From assembly GCA_028534125.1 (NCBI GenBank), contig CM052816.1, positions 87,732,001 to 87,796,000 of the forward strand: DNA of 64,000 nt, written 5' to 3'. The notes beneath the pieces were generated by a model, which saw only the letters and a program-made list of their open reading frames with translations, ran no database searches and was not told the DNA's origin. Both the position numbers and the translations under genes were made by a program. Below, piece by piece: positions 35,951 to 48,958 of the stretch (within the stretch, counting starts at the first letter, position 1; the number at the start of each line of letters is the position of its first letter). This DNA comes from Lama glama (taxonomy: Eukaryota).

Positions 35951-38900
35951 TTGAAACAGCTCTTTTCATTAACAAATGCTATCTATTTACATGATTTTAA
36001 AAAGATTTTCCGAATATAGTAATTTCAACCCTTTTGAGGTTGTGAAATTTTTACTTCTTAATTTAGTTTTTTATTTAGTTAGTTTTTAAACATTTTAGCT
36101 TATGGACCAAGGGCATAAATTTTAATTGACTACTGCTTGGCATTTGGGCATGTGCATAATAGTTTCAAATATTCTGAGGGAGGACAGTCAATAAGAACAC
36201 TTTTATTCTAATTCAATTTTGATGAACATATATAAGAATGATATTCTACCCAAGGGAAAGATAGACTAGATTGCACCTGTGATCAACTATGTCAATTTTT
36301 ATTCCCTTATGCTATGATCAATTACCTTTTTTCTGTTCACATGAACATTGTCATAATTTATCTTCTTTATTATCATATAGGAAATAAGAGGCAACTCAGT
36401 ATTATATCCTCCAGCATTTCTCATATAATACCTCCTTGAATCTCATTTACATGCTTTATGAATATATTTATTGTATGGAAAGCTGAGCACCTAATGTTTT
36501 CTAAGTTGTTCAAGGCAGTAAGCCAGGATTTTTCTAACTTATAAGCATATTGATTATGACAGTTAAGAGAATTTGAGATTTCTGTATTAATTACTCTGTT
36601 TATATAAAAATGAGCTTTATGTCATTTGTGCATCTTTATTATGCACATTTTCAAAATTATGGGACAATTACATGAGTTGCTAAAACAGTGAGAGATACCT
36701 GATTTAATTTAACAAGATACAACTATATCATTATTCATATATCATAAAAATAGACGTAGAAATTATAAGCTGTTTTAAGAATGTATGCGATTCTTAATAT
36801 GTATGCCTATCTGAAAATAATTATATTATAAAATATATGATAGTATATATTTTATTCTATTCATATTGTATCATATTATTAATTAAAATAACAAAATAAG
36901 TACAAACTACTGTGACAAAATGAAAACTATTAGGTAAAATGGTATAACAAATAAGATATGTTATAAAAGCCATTTTGAGTTGATTTCATTCTTTTCAGCT
37001 ACTTCAGAGAGAGAGATATGAAAAGAGACTTTGAGAATAAAGAATGTAAAAGGGCCAAAGAAATGTGGCTATGTTAAGGCCTTCTGAAGAAATAATTAGT
37101 ATGATGTACGCTAAAAAATCCCCAATGGGGATTAATCAATTTTATTTTAATGTTGCTTGAGGAGTAATGATTTTGCCACTTTCTAAGTTTGTAAAAAATC
37201 TCTTCATATCTCAGCTCCTCAATGAATCTATTCTTCTTTTTCTTTGCCCAGCTATATGTCTAAACTACAATGTAATATTGCATTAGTGTTAAAGTGAACA
37301 TTTCTGAAGTTTGAATGAGGCTTCAAAATTTACTACATGTATCAAATACATCTTTCACAAGAGCCTTACAATAATCCTTTGAAAAGTGTGTTTGTACTCC
37401 CAATATATTAGTAAAGATATAAATGAGGACCAGAGGCTTAAGATTGTGCAGTAGATAAATGGAAGACATATACTTTAAGCACTAATCTGTTAACACTGAT
37501 TTTAGTAAAAATTGTGTTATTTTACAGGTGTCACTATTTTATATTACCTAGATAAATGAGTCATTTAATCATGTCAGTGATCTGTTTTTTGTCCAATGGA
37601 TGATCCAAACTTATATCATGACTTGGATGATCCAGAATAACTTGAACCCTTGAGACATAGAAATTTTGGAAACATTATTTGTCTTTCTAGAAAGAATAGC
37701 TAAGTTGTTAATTCCATATCTAATGGCCATATCTTCCCTCCACTCTTCCCAATATAGAGTAACTGAACATTAACGTTACTCAAAACAAAAACAATTTGTT
37801 CCAGAGTATGATGTCTTTCCATAAGCCCTATTTTGTCACAATTTGGCTTTTTTTTTTTTCCAGGCAGGAAAATAGTTTTTATGTTTTCCCAGGACTGCGT
37901 TGGGTTTTCTACTACAATTCTGTAACCCTCCATGACTTACTTTTTTCTAGATTCTGGACAATCATGTTTCTCAGACTCTCTGGTGTTTACTATTATGATG
38001 CTAAGTGTTTCTGTTTGTTTGATAAAAAGCAATCAGCATTCATTCCATTGTATTTAACTGGCTTTACAAGTTGCTTCAAATAAAATTACTCATTAAGCAA
38101 GAAATGTAAGCATATATGAATCATTAAACTTTGTGACCTAGGAAAATAAATATTATTTCTAAAGACAATTTTCTTAGCTCTAAGTATTAGCTCAACACTA
38201 GGTGAATTTGGATTAAATTTTACAGGATTCTCCAAAACTATAATGTAACTTTTAAAATTTTGTTGCTATTGATTTTATTCTTAAGTTTACAAAAGATTAG
38301 TGACTCATAAGCAATTGCTACTCAAGGGATATTTAACAGAAAAATATATACAAGAAAAGTTTTTTGATTGTAAGTGCATATAAAATAATCTTCCCTTTGT
38401 TTTCAGAAATTTGATTAGTGGTCATTTTAGGTGATTTAAATCCTAAGTCATAATTCTTTACTTATTTCCATCTGAACCAAAAGTTTATTTCTCTCCAACT
38501 CTATAAACCATATGATTTTACTTATCAAAACTATTTTTACTTTATATGTCTACTGTAGTTGAGTTATGAGACTACTTCTTCAGTTAATGGTAGCATTCCA
38601 AGCCATTCATCATTAACCAAACCAAAAAATACAGCATCAATATTTGCAATGAAATAGTTTTTGGGCAGGCTATAGTTATATTTGTGACCTATATTTATCC
38701 GAGGAAAAATATGAATTTTACGAATGAGGAAAAAGTCCTTCATCTGATTCCCTTCCAGTACATTAATGCATTTTATCTTGAATTTCAATGGCTTCTGAAG
38801 AGCAAATGATTCTGTATATGCACACAGTGGTTTTACCTGTTACATTTTATGACAACTTTATTCTGGGACAAAAATGTTCAGGACCAATACTAAAGATTTT

Positions 38901-39599
38901 AAAATGTAAACTTAAAGCAAATTTTTGCGCTACAAGTCGTGTGGGAAAATCAAGTGTTATTAATTATAAAATATAATTTTCTAAAGCTTAACAATGTTAA
39001 AACTGTTTTCTATTTTAAAACTACTTTAAAACAATTTTTCCCAATTAGTGGAAGAAACTTGTTTATTCGTTAATCTTCACAAAATTTCCAGCAAATTTTA
39101 GTAGTTTAGCAATGCAGCATCATAAGACTTTCCAAATGCAACTAATCACCTTTGTTGTTAATCATGCCACTAAATTAAATGAAACATTTATGAGCTCTTA
39201 GTGTTAGGAATTTAGGGTGCCATTCACCCCTCCTCCCTTACATTTTAAGGAGCTGTGATGTGTGTCACTAGTCAAATGAGAAGTGAAATACGACCTTAGT
39301 AAAGTGTTACTGAACACTGAAAGCATAATATTGAAAATTTGATAAGGAACTGTGGTGTGAAAAGGAATAAACGCTCAGAAATAAGATGCACAGGGTCAGG
39401 GGAGTGAGAGATCTTTGCTGTGCTGTTGTGAAACATTTACTTCAACTAGTTCAGTATAAGAGTGAGTCACATGACAACTTTCTGTTGCCGTCCCTGCCCT
39501 CTCTCTCAAGCTGGATAAAACTGAGGAAGTATTTGCCCTCACTACACTGAAAGCCACCCTTTTCTGCCAGGAAAACTTTCATTTATTGATTGATTGATT

Positions 39600-39846
39600 T
39601 TTAAAACAACAGAAATTTATTCCCTCAAAGTTTTGAAACTAAAACTCTGAGATCAGTCTGTAGGCAGGGCCATGCTCTCTCCCCTAGCTTCTGGTGTTTG
39701 CCAGTGATTGTTGGCATTTACTGATTTGCAGGGACATGATTCTAATCTCTGCCCCAGTCATCTCATGGCCATCTTCTCTCTGTGTGTCTGTGTCATCACT
39801 GGGCAGTATTCTCTGTGTGTTCGTGTCTTTGTGTCTGTTCTCCTCC
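39600..39846 (-). mobile_element. MaLR LTR fragment (MLT1C-like), truncated by an L1 insertion
   Basis: aaaacaacagaaatttattccctca…ggcagggccatgctctctc…ctagcttctggtg…aatctctgccccagtcatctcatggcc. Confidence 0.8.
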
Positions 39847-40256
39847 TTTTTTTTTTTTTTTCTTTCAAATTGAGGTATATTTGATTTGCGATATTGTATT
39901 GGTTTCAAGTGTACAACATAGTGGTTCAGTAACTTTTGCAGATTATATTCCATTATTGGTTATTAGAATATGCTGGGTATAATTCCCTGTGTTATACAGC
40001 ATATCCTTGTTGCTTATCTATTTTGTATATAGTAGTTTTTGTCTGTTAATCCCATACCCCTAATTTGTCTCTGTGCTCTTTCATAACCACAAGTTTGTTT
40101 TCTCTCTCTGTGATTCCATTTCTGTTTTGTGTATACATTAATTTGTATTATTTTTTTAGATTCCACATATATGTGATATCATATAGGGTTTATCTTTCTC
40201 AGTCTGACTTATTTCACTGAGAAAAATCTTCTCTAGGTCCATTCACATTGCTGCAA
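39847..40256 (-). mobile_element. L1 3' end
   Basis: Poly-T, then aattgaggtatatttgattt…ttttagattccacatatatgtgatatcat…ctgacttatttcact…ctctaggtccattcacattgctgcaa. Confidence 0.9.
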
Positions 40257-40384
40257 TATCCACTGGTAGGTATAGAGTTTATAAAAATTTGTCAAATTCG
40301 GTATTTCAACAAGGTTGCCAATGGCACAGTTTCTCTAAGTACAGTGGCATTAGCAGTGCTATTTTTAATCTAAAATGAGTTTTC

Positions 40385-41878
40385 TTAATCTCATTGTTTT
40401 ACATGTTGCTGTCCTGTTTTTCCAGTACCACTTGTTGAATAGTCTATCTTTTCTCTGTTCTTGCCTCCTTTGTTGTAGATTAATTAACCATAGGTGTATG
40501 GGTTTATTTCTGGGCTCTTTCTTCTGTTTCATTGATCTATGTATCTGTTTTTGTGCTAATACCATGCTGTTTTGATTACTATAGCTTTGTAGTAAAGTCT
40601 GAAGCCTGGGAGGATTATACCTTCAGCTTTCTTCTTTTTTCTTAGAATTGCTTTGGCAATTCTAGGTCTTCTCTAATTGCACATAAATTTTAAGATTACT
40701 TGTTCTAGTTCTGTGAAAAATGTCCTGGGTAATTTGATAGGAATTGCATTTAATCTGTAGATTGCTTTGGGTAATGTGGTCATTTTAATAATTTAATTTT
40801 TCTAATCCAAGAGCATAGGATTTCTTTCTATTTCTTGTAATCATCATCAATTTCCTTCATCAATGTTTCATAGTTTTTTGAGTATAAATCTTTCACTTCT
40901 TTGTTTAAGTTTATTCCTAGGTATTTTTATGTGATTTTAAATGGGATTTTAAAAAATGTTCTCTTTCTGATATTTCATTATCAGCATATAAAAACGTAAC
41001 AGATTTCTGTATATTAATCTTGTTTCCTGCAACCTGGCTGAATTCATTCATTAGTTCTAATAGTTTTTGAATGGAGACTTTAGGGTTCTCAATATAGAGT
41101 ATCATGTCGCCTGCAAGTAATGACAGTTTTACCTCTTCACTTTCAATTTGGATACTTCTTATTTCTTTTTCTTTTCTGATTGCTGTGGCTAGGAGTTCCA
41201 ATACTATGTTAAATAGAAAGTGAGACTGGACATTTTTGTCTTTTTCCCAAATTTAGCAGGAAGGTTTTCAGCTTTTCACTATTGAGGATTATGTTGGCTC
41301 TGAGTTTATTGTAAATGGCCTCTCTTCTGTTAAGATATGTCACCACTGTACACACTTTGATGTGAGTTTTTATCATGAGTAGATGTTGAGTTTTGTCAAA
41401 TGCTTTTTCTGTGTCTATGAAGTTGATCATGTGATTTTTTCCCTATCCTTTTGTTAATATGCTGTATCACATTGATTGATCTGCATATGTTGAAGCATCC
41501 TTATGGCCTTGAAATAAATTCAGTTTGATCAGGGTGTAGGATCTTTTTATGTATAGTTGGATTAAGTTTGCTAATATTTTGTTGAGGACTTTTGCATCCA
41601 TATTCATCAAAGATATTATCCTGTAACTTTCTCTTTTTGTGGTATCTTTGGTTTTGGTATCAGGGTAAACAATTAGATTAGAACATCCCCTCATACAATA
41701 TATGAAATAAACTCAATATAGTTTTAAAGACCCAAATGTGAGACCTGAAATCATAAAGCTCCTGGAAGAGAACATAGGTGGGACACTCTGACACAAATTG
41801 TACTAATACTGTTTTGAATCAGTGTCCTAAGGCAAAAGAAATAAGAGCAAAAATAAACAAATGAGATCCAATTAAACT
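40385..41878. mobile_element. 5'-inverted (twin-primed) L1: ORF2 RT-region segment on minus (40385-41668) and the downstream segment on plus (41665-41878)
   Basis: Minus-strand ORFs give RT motifs ([53 protein letters not shown]). The plus segment starts at the same L1 position (K-T-M/I-R-L) where the minus segment ends. Confidence 0.85.
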
Positions 41879-42129
41879 ACCTTCTTGAACCAATAAATAC
41901 CCTTTAATATATAATTTTTCCTACATAAGGAAAGTCAATTTGTAATGCATTAACATTCTTGGACAGAAAAAAATGAATCAAAGAAAATTGATCTGTCCTT
42001 GATACTAAAATGTTGCATGAGCCAAAACCCACATATTCACTCTGGGAGCACCCTGTATACTTACTTAGGAAACAACATTAAAGAGACTGGTAGGGAGGAT
42101 TTAGGAAGTTGTACCTGACCTAAGCTAGT

Positions 42130-42490
42130 GTCTTCCCTGGGCTAGTTGCTTGTAATAATCTCTTCTCATTACTAATTCCAAATTTGTCCTACAATTCATT
42201 TCTCATGCTGAACCCAAAGTCTGTGTTAGGAATACAAATCTCATTATATCTTCTGTAGCTTAAAATCCCCCAAATGTTTTCCAAATATCTAAGGGTAAAG
42301 GACAAAAACCTTAGCATCTCCAACAAGTTCCTTTAATCGGCTGCTTCCTATCTAGATCCTCAAACTCATTTTTCTCTATTCTTTCACCATTTGCTGTGCT
42401 CTAGTCAATACCTTCTTTTTTCAATTCCTTGAGGATAACTTGATCCCTCTTGGTACTTGTCCCATGATATTCTATATGTCTGCAATAAAT
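42130..42490 (+). mobile_element. L2 LINE fragment
   Basis: …tacaaatctcattatatc…gcttaaaatcccccaaatg…ctaagggtaaaggacaaaaaccttagcat…tgtgctctagtc. Confidence 0.6.
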
Positions 42491-45400
42491 ATATTACTTT
42501 CAAAAGTCAACTAATTCCTCTATTAGTTAGAGACACTCATAAAAAGATTAATGTTCATAGAGACTCATTACCATATTAATAAAGTCTCTATTCAAAGCCT
42601 TAGTCAAAATAACTGTATTTAAGACAAGCTGAAAATAAAAATTAATTTGATGTGGAAGGCCCAGTGCAAACTCAGGTTTTCATTTGAAAGTAACATCTCA
42701 AACTATATTGTTCTACTGAAAAAGAAGTTAAATTCTATTATTTTACAACTTGGAAACAAAATTCTTTGTCTCTCTGCTAATTACAGTTATGAAGTATTAC
42801 ATTATATTATTTACAGACACGTTCTGTTAAAATCAATATAACTTTGCTTTGCTTTAGCTTTTAATACTTATATGTGCAAACATGCATAAAGCTTCTGCCT
42901 TTAAGACATTTTCTACTTTAAATCACAGCTATTTTCATGGCATTTCTATGAGTTCAATAGATCATCAAATATTTTAATTATGTTATTAAGTTATCCCCTA
43001 GAATAAATTACACTTACTAAATTATCCAGCAATTAAAAACAAAATTCTTGGAGAAAATTTTAACCTGCAAGGAATGTTCTTCCTTATTAATAACAGTCTG
43101 ACCTATATTATCATGCTTTACTTTGAATTATTTGCTAATTGAAATATTACTTACTATTATCCCTTTCATAGTTCTCTCCAAGGTCTTTAATATATTTTCT
43201 GAAAAGGTATCTAATTTTTCTCTGTGTGTTTACACCTAAAATTCCCAGCTGGAACAACTCTTTGTTAATCTTGAGGGCCTTATCAATTATATTGATTATT
43301 ACATTATTACATCTTGTAGAACTTTTCCAATTGTTTGCCTTTCAGATGTTTTTCTTATTCATGGAAGAGAAGATCAGATTTTCTAATTTTTGGTCAAATC
43401 ATTCCTGTTCACATGTCCAAGCACATTTATAGTTGCTTTGAATTTAATGTTTCCTCAAGTACACTAAAGTTTCCTATTGAACTTAGCCATATTATATCTA
43501 TAAAAAGCCTATAATATTAATCTTGATTAACACAAGTCTAGGCACGTAAAAGATGGCAAGATTTTGTGGGTTCTTTTTTTTTTAATTTTTTAAAATGAAG
43601 TTTTTTTTTTTTTTTTAAGAAAACACTCAAAGTTGTTACCCAAAGACTTTGAGGAAAAAGATTCAAGATTCCATAAAATATTAACTTTTCTAAAGAAGCC
43701 TGTGTATTATAAATTCTGACCAAAGAAAATATAAGTGGTTTTAAACACTGATTTATATAAAAATGATTCACACATTTATTTATATGACAGACTCTATTGA
43801 TTGTGTATTCAGTAGCCATTGCTACATTGCGCTCATCTCTTCTTTGCTCATAGTCATCAAGCAGTTCACGAAATCCAGGAATGAAGGTTAAATAGTCCAA
43901 GCCAATTATTATGATATACTTTCTCTTGATGGTGATTGGCCAATAAATGAGCCTTTAGTACAGGAGACACACTTCTCCACGATAGAAAGTAAATGGGATC
44001 TTCTGGGGCAGAAAGTGTTTAGAAATAATTGCTCTCTCTTGAATAGGGTCATAAGATAGTACTTCCTTTTGGAAATATTTCCATTTGGTTGTGATGCAGC
44101 ATTCTGGTCCATGAAAGTGGCCAAAGACAGGACATTGAGGTCTGAGGAGTCGAAGGAAAATAGGCTCTGGGGATATGACAGAATCACTGGAACGATGGAC
44201 CTGAGGAAATGTTTCAAGTATATTAAAAATCCGCATGGCTTGAGTTATTTTGTTTGGGTTCTTTCTGTTATTGTGTCTGAGGCATCTTTCCTGTGTATTA
44301 AGGAAAATGTGATTGATTACAAAATTTGGTTAGTAGTTGGTTATTAGTAACTAGTAAAGAGTAATAGTTAATTTATTTTCTATTTTACTTTCACATATTC
44401 TGACAGTCACTGTGATTAATTTTGAATTTTTGAAAACAGTAAAGTAGGACAGATTTAATTTTTAACCATCAAATTCAGCAAATTGACTGCTTGATATTTT
44501 GTATGTTGAAGATCTTAAAAGGACACCATTAGCACTCAGATTATAGTAAGATGACGGCATCCATTCAGCCCTTCAAAGGCAGTGATGCTCTCATTTTGTG
44601 TGGCAAAATGGATTATATTAACATTAAGTTACTTTTGAGAAATCAAATAAAGCTTCGTCCTTAAAATCTGAAATTTTAAGGGCATGTGTTGATTAATTTT
44701 TGTTTGCATTCTTTTAAAGAACCCTGTTATGCAGGGTATTAAATATGATACCCTTTCCAGAGTTACATTTTAATGATAGTTTTCTAGAAAAAAAATGGTG
44801 GGAAAATGTGTTTTAAGTGTATTTTTAAATAAAGACTAAATTTTCTTCTGAGTTATCATAATTTTCATCAAATGCTCTTTACATATTAGAAAATAACAGC
44901 ATAGTAATTTCTAAAAGAAAATTAAGTTAAAAGGTTTTCTTCTTGTCAGCATTACCTTGTGAAGCAGAAGACATTGCTTAGCCCTTAGATATTTTTTCAC
45001 ATGAATTTGAGGAACATGAAATTTCAAACAAAAAAGATAAATAAATAAAAATATCTCAAGGAACTATTTCAGAATTTCCATTTTGTAAACCATATTAATA
45101 TGTGACAAAAATTAAAATTTAGATATATATAATATAGTTTAAGATCAAATATTTATATAAATTACTGGTGAATAATAATGAACAATATTTAGTTTTAATT
45201 TTAAAAATATAAACCAATTTGTCGTAACCTGATTATGTAGAAATAGAAGGCTGAAGTAGTTATAGTCACTTTTTTCCTTATATCAATATGATTGTTATTT
45301 ATTTATAATTATTATAATTAATTTCATATTTCTGGTGACAATGTTTGGAGAAATGAGAGGCTGACCTTATTATACATATGTAGTTCATGTATTTGTAGGG

Positions 45401-46689
45401 GAAATAATGTGTTAATCTGTCTCATTCATAGAAATGTTACATTTACAGATATAGTATGTTATTTGAAAATAGTCATAAATAAAATCCATAACAAACCCAC
45501 AATATTTAACATGATTTTAAATTGGTGAATCCATGTAGAGAAGTCATAATACTAATTTTGCAAGTATATATGAACTTGCAAGTATGTGAAAAAACTAGAC
45601 ACACCTTAGAATAATATAAACACCGTGGTATAATCTCTACTCTCAGAGAGAAGTAGATTCCTGTGTTTGTGCAATTTGAACATTAAATGAGACATAAACG
45701 CACAGCATAAGCCAAGCAGAAGTAGGAGGAGAAGAAAACCTCTAATTGTACACCACGTATAGGAAAACCTGCAACCAAAAATGTGCCTGAGGGTCCCTGG
45801 GCAACCTCAGCTGTCACCAAGCACATCTACCTTGAGGTCAGATTCAGCAGTATGTTTTCTTTCAAGTAATACAAATCCAATTCTGAGACTATAACACGCT
45901 AATGAATGTTTCATTAAATATTGGTAGGAATACAGAATGAGAGACTACATAATACTCTGGCTGGCAAACTATCAAATACCCGGTGCAGATACTGCTGATC
46001 CCAGCTTCTCTTCTTGGTCCCCTGTTACTGAGTCTCTTTTCCCACAACATCTCACCCCTCCAGCACTTCCTCCGGCCCATCCCAAATTGCTGAGAGAAAG
46101 GACATAGTTGTAATTAGATGAATTAGATCACTAGGTGCCTGCAGTAAAGTTAATACAAAAAGGAGGACAAGCTGTTGGAAGAACAAAATCAGATTTCACT
46201 GGGTGAAGGTTAAAAACAAAATCAAATGGACACACAAACAAAAAAAATGTGCTTAATAGTTCCCTTTATATTATTTTCTAGTAGCTGTTCGCTCAGAACT
46301 ATTTTTCTAGGTAGATGGACTGAGTATTATGAACTATTTTTCCAGTTTTTTCAATTAAAAAAAATCAGAGTAATTGTTGAAATAAAAAAATTTCATCATT
46401 CCTACTCTTTCTCCCCCCACTGATAAGCACAGTAGTTAGACTAATTTTTTTGTTAATTTCTCCACTTGGATCTGACAAACTGAAATTAAAAGGCAGGATG
46501 ATGATGATGTCAAAACATTTTCCTTGGTGAGCAAAGAGTTAAAAATAATAGGCACAAGGGAATTGTTGAATTTGTAGATAAATTAATTTTTAAATCAAAG
46601 TTATGCTGGATTTCATTAAGAAGATAGCTTTTCTCCATGGAGATTTAATTAATCTGCCCAGTTAACTTTCTCTACTTTCTTCCATCCAT

Positions 46690-46872
46690 AGAACTTCTTT
46701 CCTTTTACTCATATTGTGACATTATTAGTAATTATTTATCATATGATTATTTACATTTATTATTGAACTCCTTGAGGGGTACAAACTCTTTGAAAATGAC
46801 ATAAATATCTGATTCACCATGTGTAATCCAAGAGCTGGGCATTAGAAGTTATTTAACAGTAGCATTGAATAA
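46690..46872 (+). mobile_element. L2 3' end
   Basis: …gaactccttgagggg…tctgattcaccatgtgtaatccaagagctgggca…cattgaataa. Confidence 0.45.
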
Positions 46873-47584
46873 CGGTCTCTCAGGGACAGAATTACTTTCT
46901 AAACATTACAGACAAAATATGTCGCTGAAAAACTAGAGATCAGATGAATTTAATAGAATAGTAAGTAGCATTTATCAAGTTGACCAAATTACTGCATGCT
47001 TTGAAGAGATTAGATCCTGAGCATCACTTTTTCAAGTTATCATGCATCAGTAAGGAAAAACAAGTTTTCCACCCTCAGAATTGTGTATGCTTATGTCCTT
47101 AGAAAATTAGTCACTGGCCATACCTACCACTGGAGAGAGAAATATATCAAATATGATTAAAAATGAAACGTTCAGTTATTGTTAAATAAACACAAATATT
47201 TATGTTTGAATTTGATTAAAGTTAGTCATAGGGAGGAAAGGGAATCAGTTCCACTGTTAGTCTACACCTTAGAATGTTGCTTGAATGTTTGTATTTAGTG
47301 AGTAAATTGGGTTTTTCGGCTGTTGCTTTTTCTCCTTGTTGAGTATTTACATTAATGTCAGTGTAGACAAAATACTTAAATCCTTGAATTTTATTGTTGA
47401 CCTGATTTCTTCTATTTTAAGCACTCCATTAGCCCCAGATATAGTCGTGTTCAAATTCTGCCCCATCCTCACATTCACAATATAGCTGTCTGACTACAAA
47501 CTAAATTCATAAAAGTATTATGTGGAGATGGCATGATAATAGGTAGCATTAATGAATTATTCTTTTATAAAATTATTTAAGCTG

Positions 47585-47680
47585 TTCATTCATTGATTCA
47601 TTCATTGATTTATCCAATCAATTACTGAGTAATGGCTATGTTACTAGCTCTCTTCTAGGTACCAGGATGGCATAGTCACG
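47585..47680 (-). mobile_element. L2 3' end with (TTCA)-type tail
   Basis: ttcattcattgattcattcattg…ttactgagtaatggctatgt…ttctaggtaccaggat. Confidence 0.55.
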
Positions 47681-48639
47681 TCTTCCCATCTCATGTTCAC
47701 GTTACAACAATGCCTTGGTTTGATCCACCCATTCTTCTACACTTATTTTTCTCACCTATAGCTTTTTTCTGACAACCCAAGCCTCCTTATTTCCTGCTAT
47801 AAATTATCACATAGAAAAACTCCCATGTGGAACCCCAACTGCTGAAGGTTCATTACAAGTCTATCATGAACTAGGTAAAGAATTTCCCAGGAGATACACA
47901 AAATTGGATTGTATATCAGATCTTGTATTATATGCGATTCACCTAGAAAACTTTCTGGTTAAGATTTTAACCCCTTTAACTCCACCATTTATGAAAGCAT
48001 AGTCTTTTCTTCCTTTCACTCTTATTAAGGGCACGTGGGCTTCCCTTTTGCCTCCCTCTTTTCCTTTTCTCCCCCAGCCTCTCTAACCCATAATGGATAA
48101 TATACTCAAAATGAAACAAAATAAAAAAGCTATATGATTTTGTTTCTTCTGGGTCATGAAGTATCCTTTTGACACAAAGTTATATATTCATCTTTTAAAC
48201 CTGAACTTTACTAAATTGAAAGCTATAAATACTTTTCTTAATGTCACTTTCAAAACCTGTTTTACTGCTAACCACAGACCCTATGGCAGCCTACGGCAGT
48301 GGGGTAGGAGGGAAAAGAGAAGAGGTACATGAGGGCAATGCCTTTCTGAAGCCGTAGGAGAAGGCACTGCTCATGACAAGTATCTAATAGAGACAGATTT
48401 ATTGTTGGCAGAATATGAGAAAACTAATAAAGAATATCTAATTCACTCTTTGTTATCTAATGATACATGATCAGATTTGGCTTGGTTTGATTAAAGATGA
48501 CGCCGGCATTAGCCCTATTTCTACTCAATACATTTTTGTCTAAATCAACATAATGTCTTCAGTTCCCGAAAGATGCATTTTTTTTAAAGCTTTAGATCTG
48601 TGAGGTTCTCGTTTCACTGAAGAATTATTCAAACAACAA

Positions 48640-48958
48640 ATGTGTATATGAAATGTAGTAATTTTGGACTCATTTGAAACATTTGGGTGGTAATTAGGAT
48701 TGAATAAGGTCAGGCAGATGGGACCCTCACAATGAGATTAGTTTCCTTGAAAGAAAAGGAAGAGATGAGAGCTCTCTCCTGCCATGTAAAGATACAGTGA
48801 AAAAATTACTGTCCTGAAGCCAGGAACAGGATCCTCTCTAAGAACTGACTCTGCCTGCACCTTGATCTTGGACTTTTTAGCCTCCAGACCCTGTGAAGTG
48901 TCTATTCACAGCCACCTAGTCTATGGTGTTTGGTTGCAGCAGCCCGAGTAAGAGAGCA
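48640..48958 (+). mobile_element. MaLR LTR, MLT1A-like
   Basis: ggtaattagg…gaccctcacaatgagattagt…gccatgtaaagatacagtga…caccttgatcttggactttttagcctccaga…gccacctagtctatggt…gcagcccga. Confidence 0.82.

Noticed and set aside
37597..37634. Two copies of the quasi-palindrome TGGATGATCCA 27 bp apart
   Set aside because: Most likely a small local duplication. It lacks a canonical box C (RTGATGA)/box D pair, so a snoRNA is not supported.
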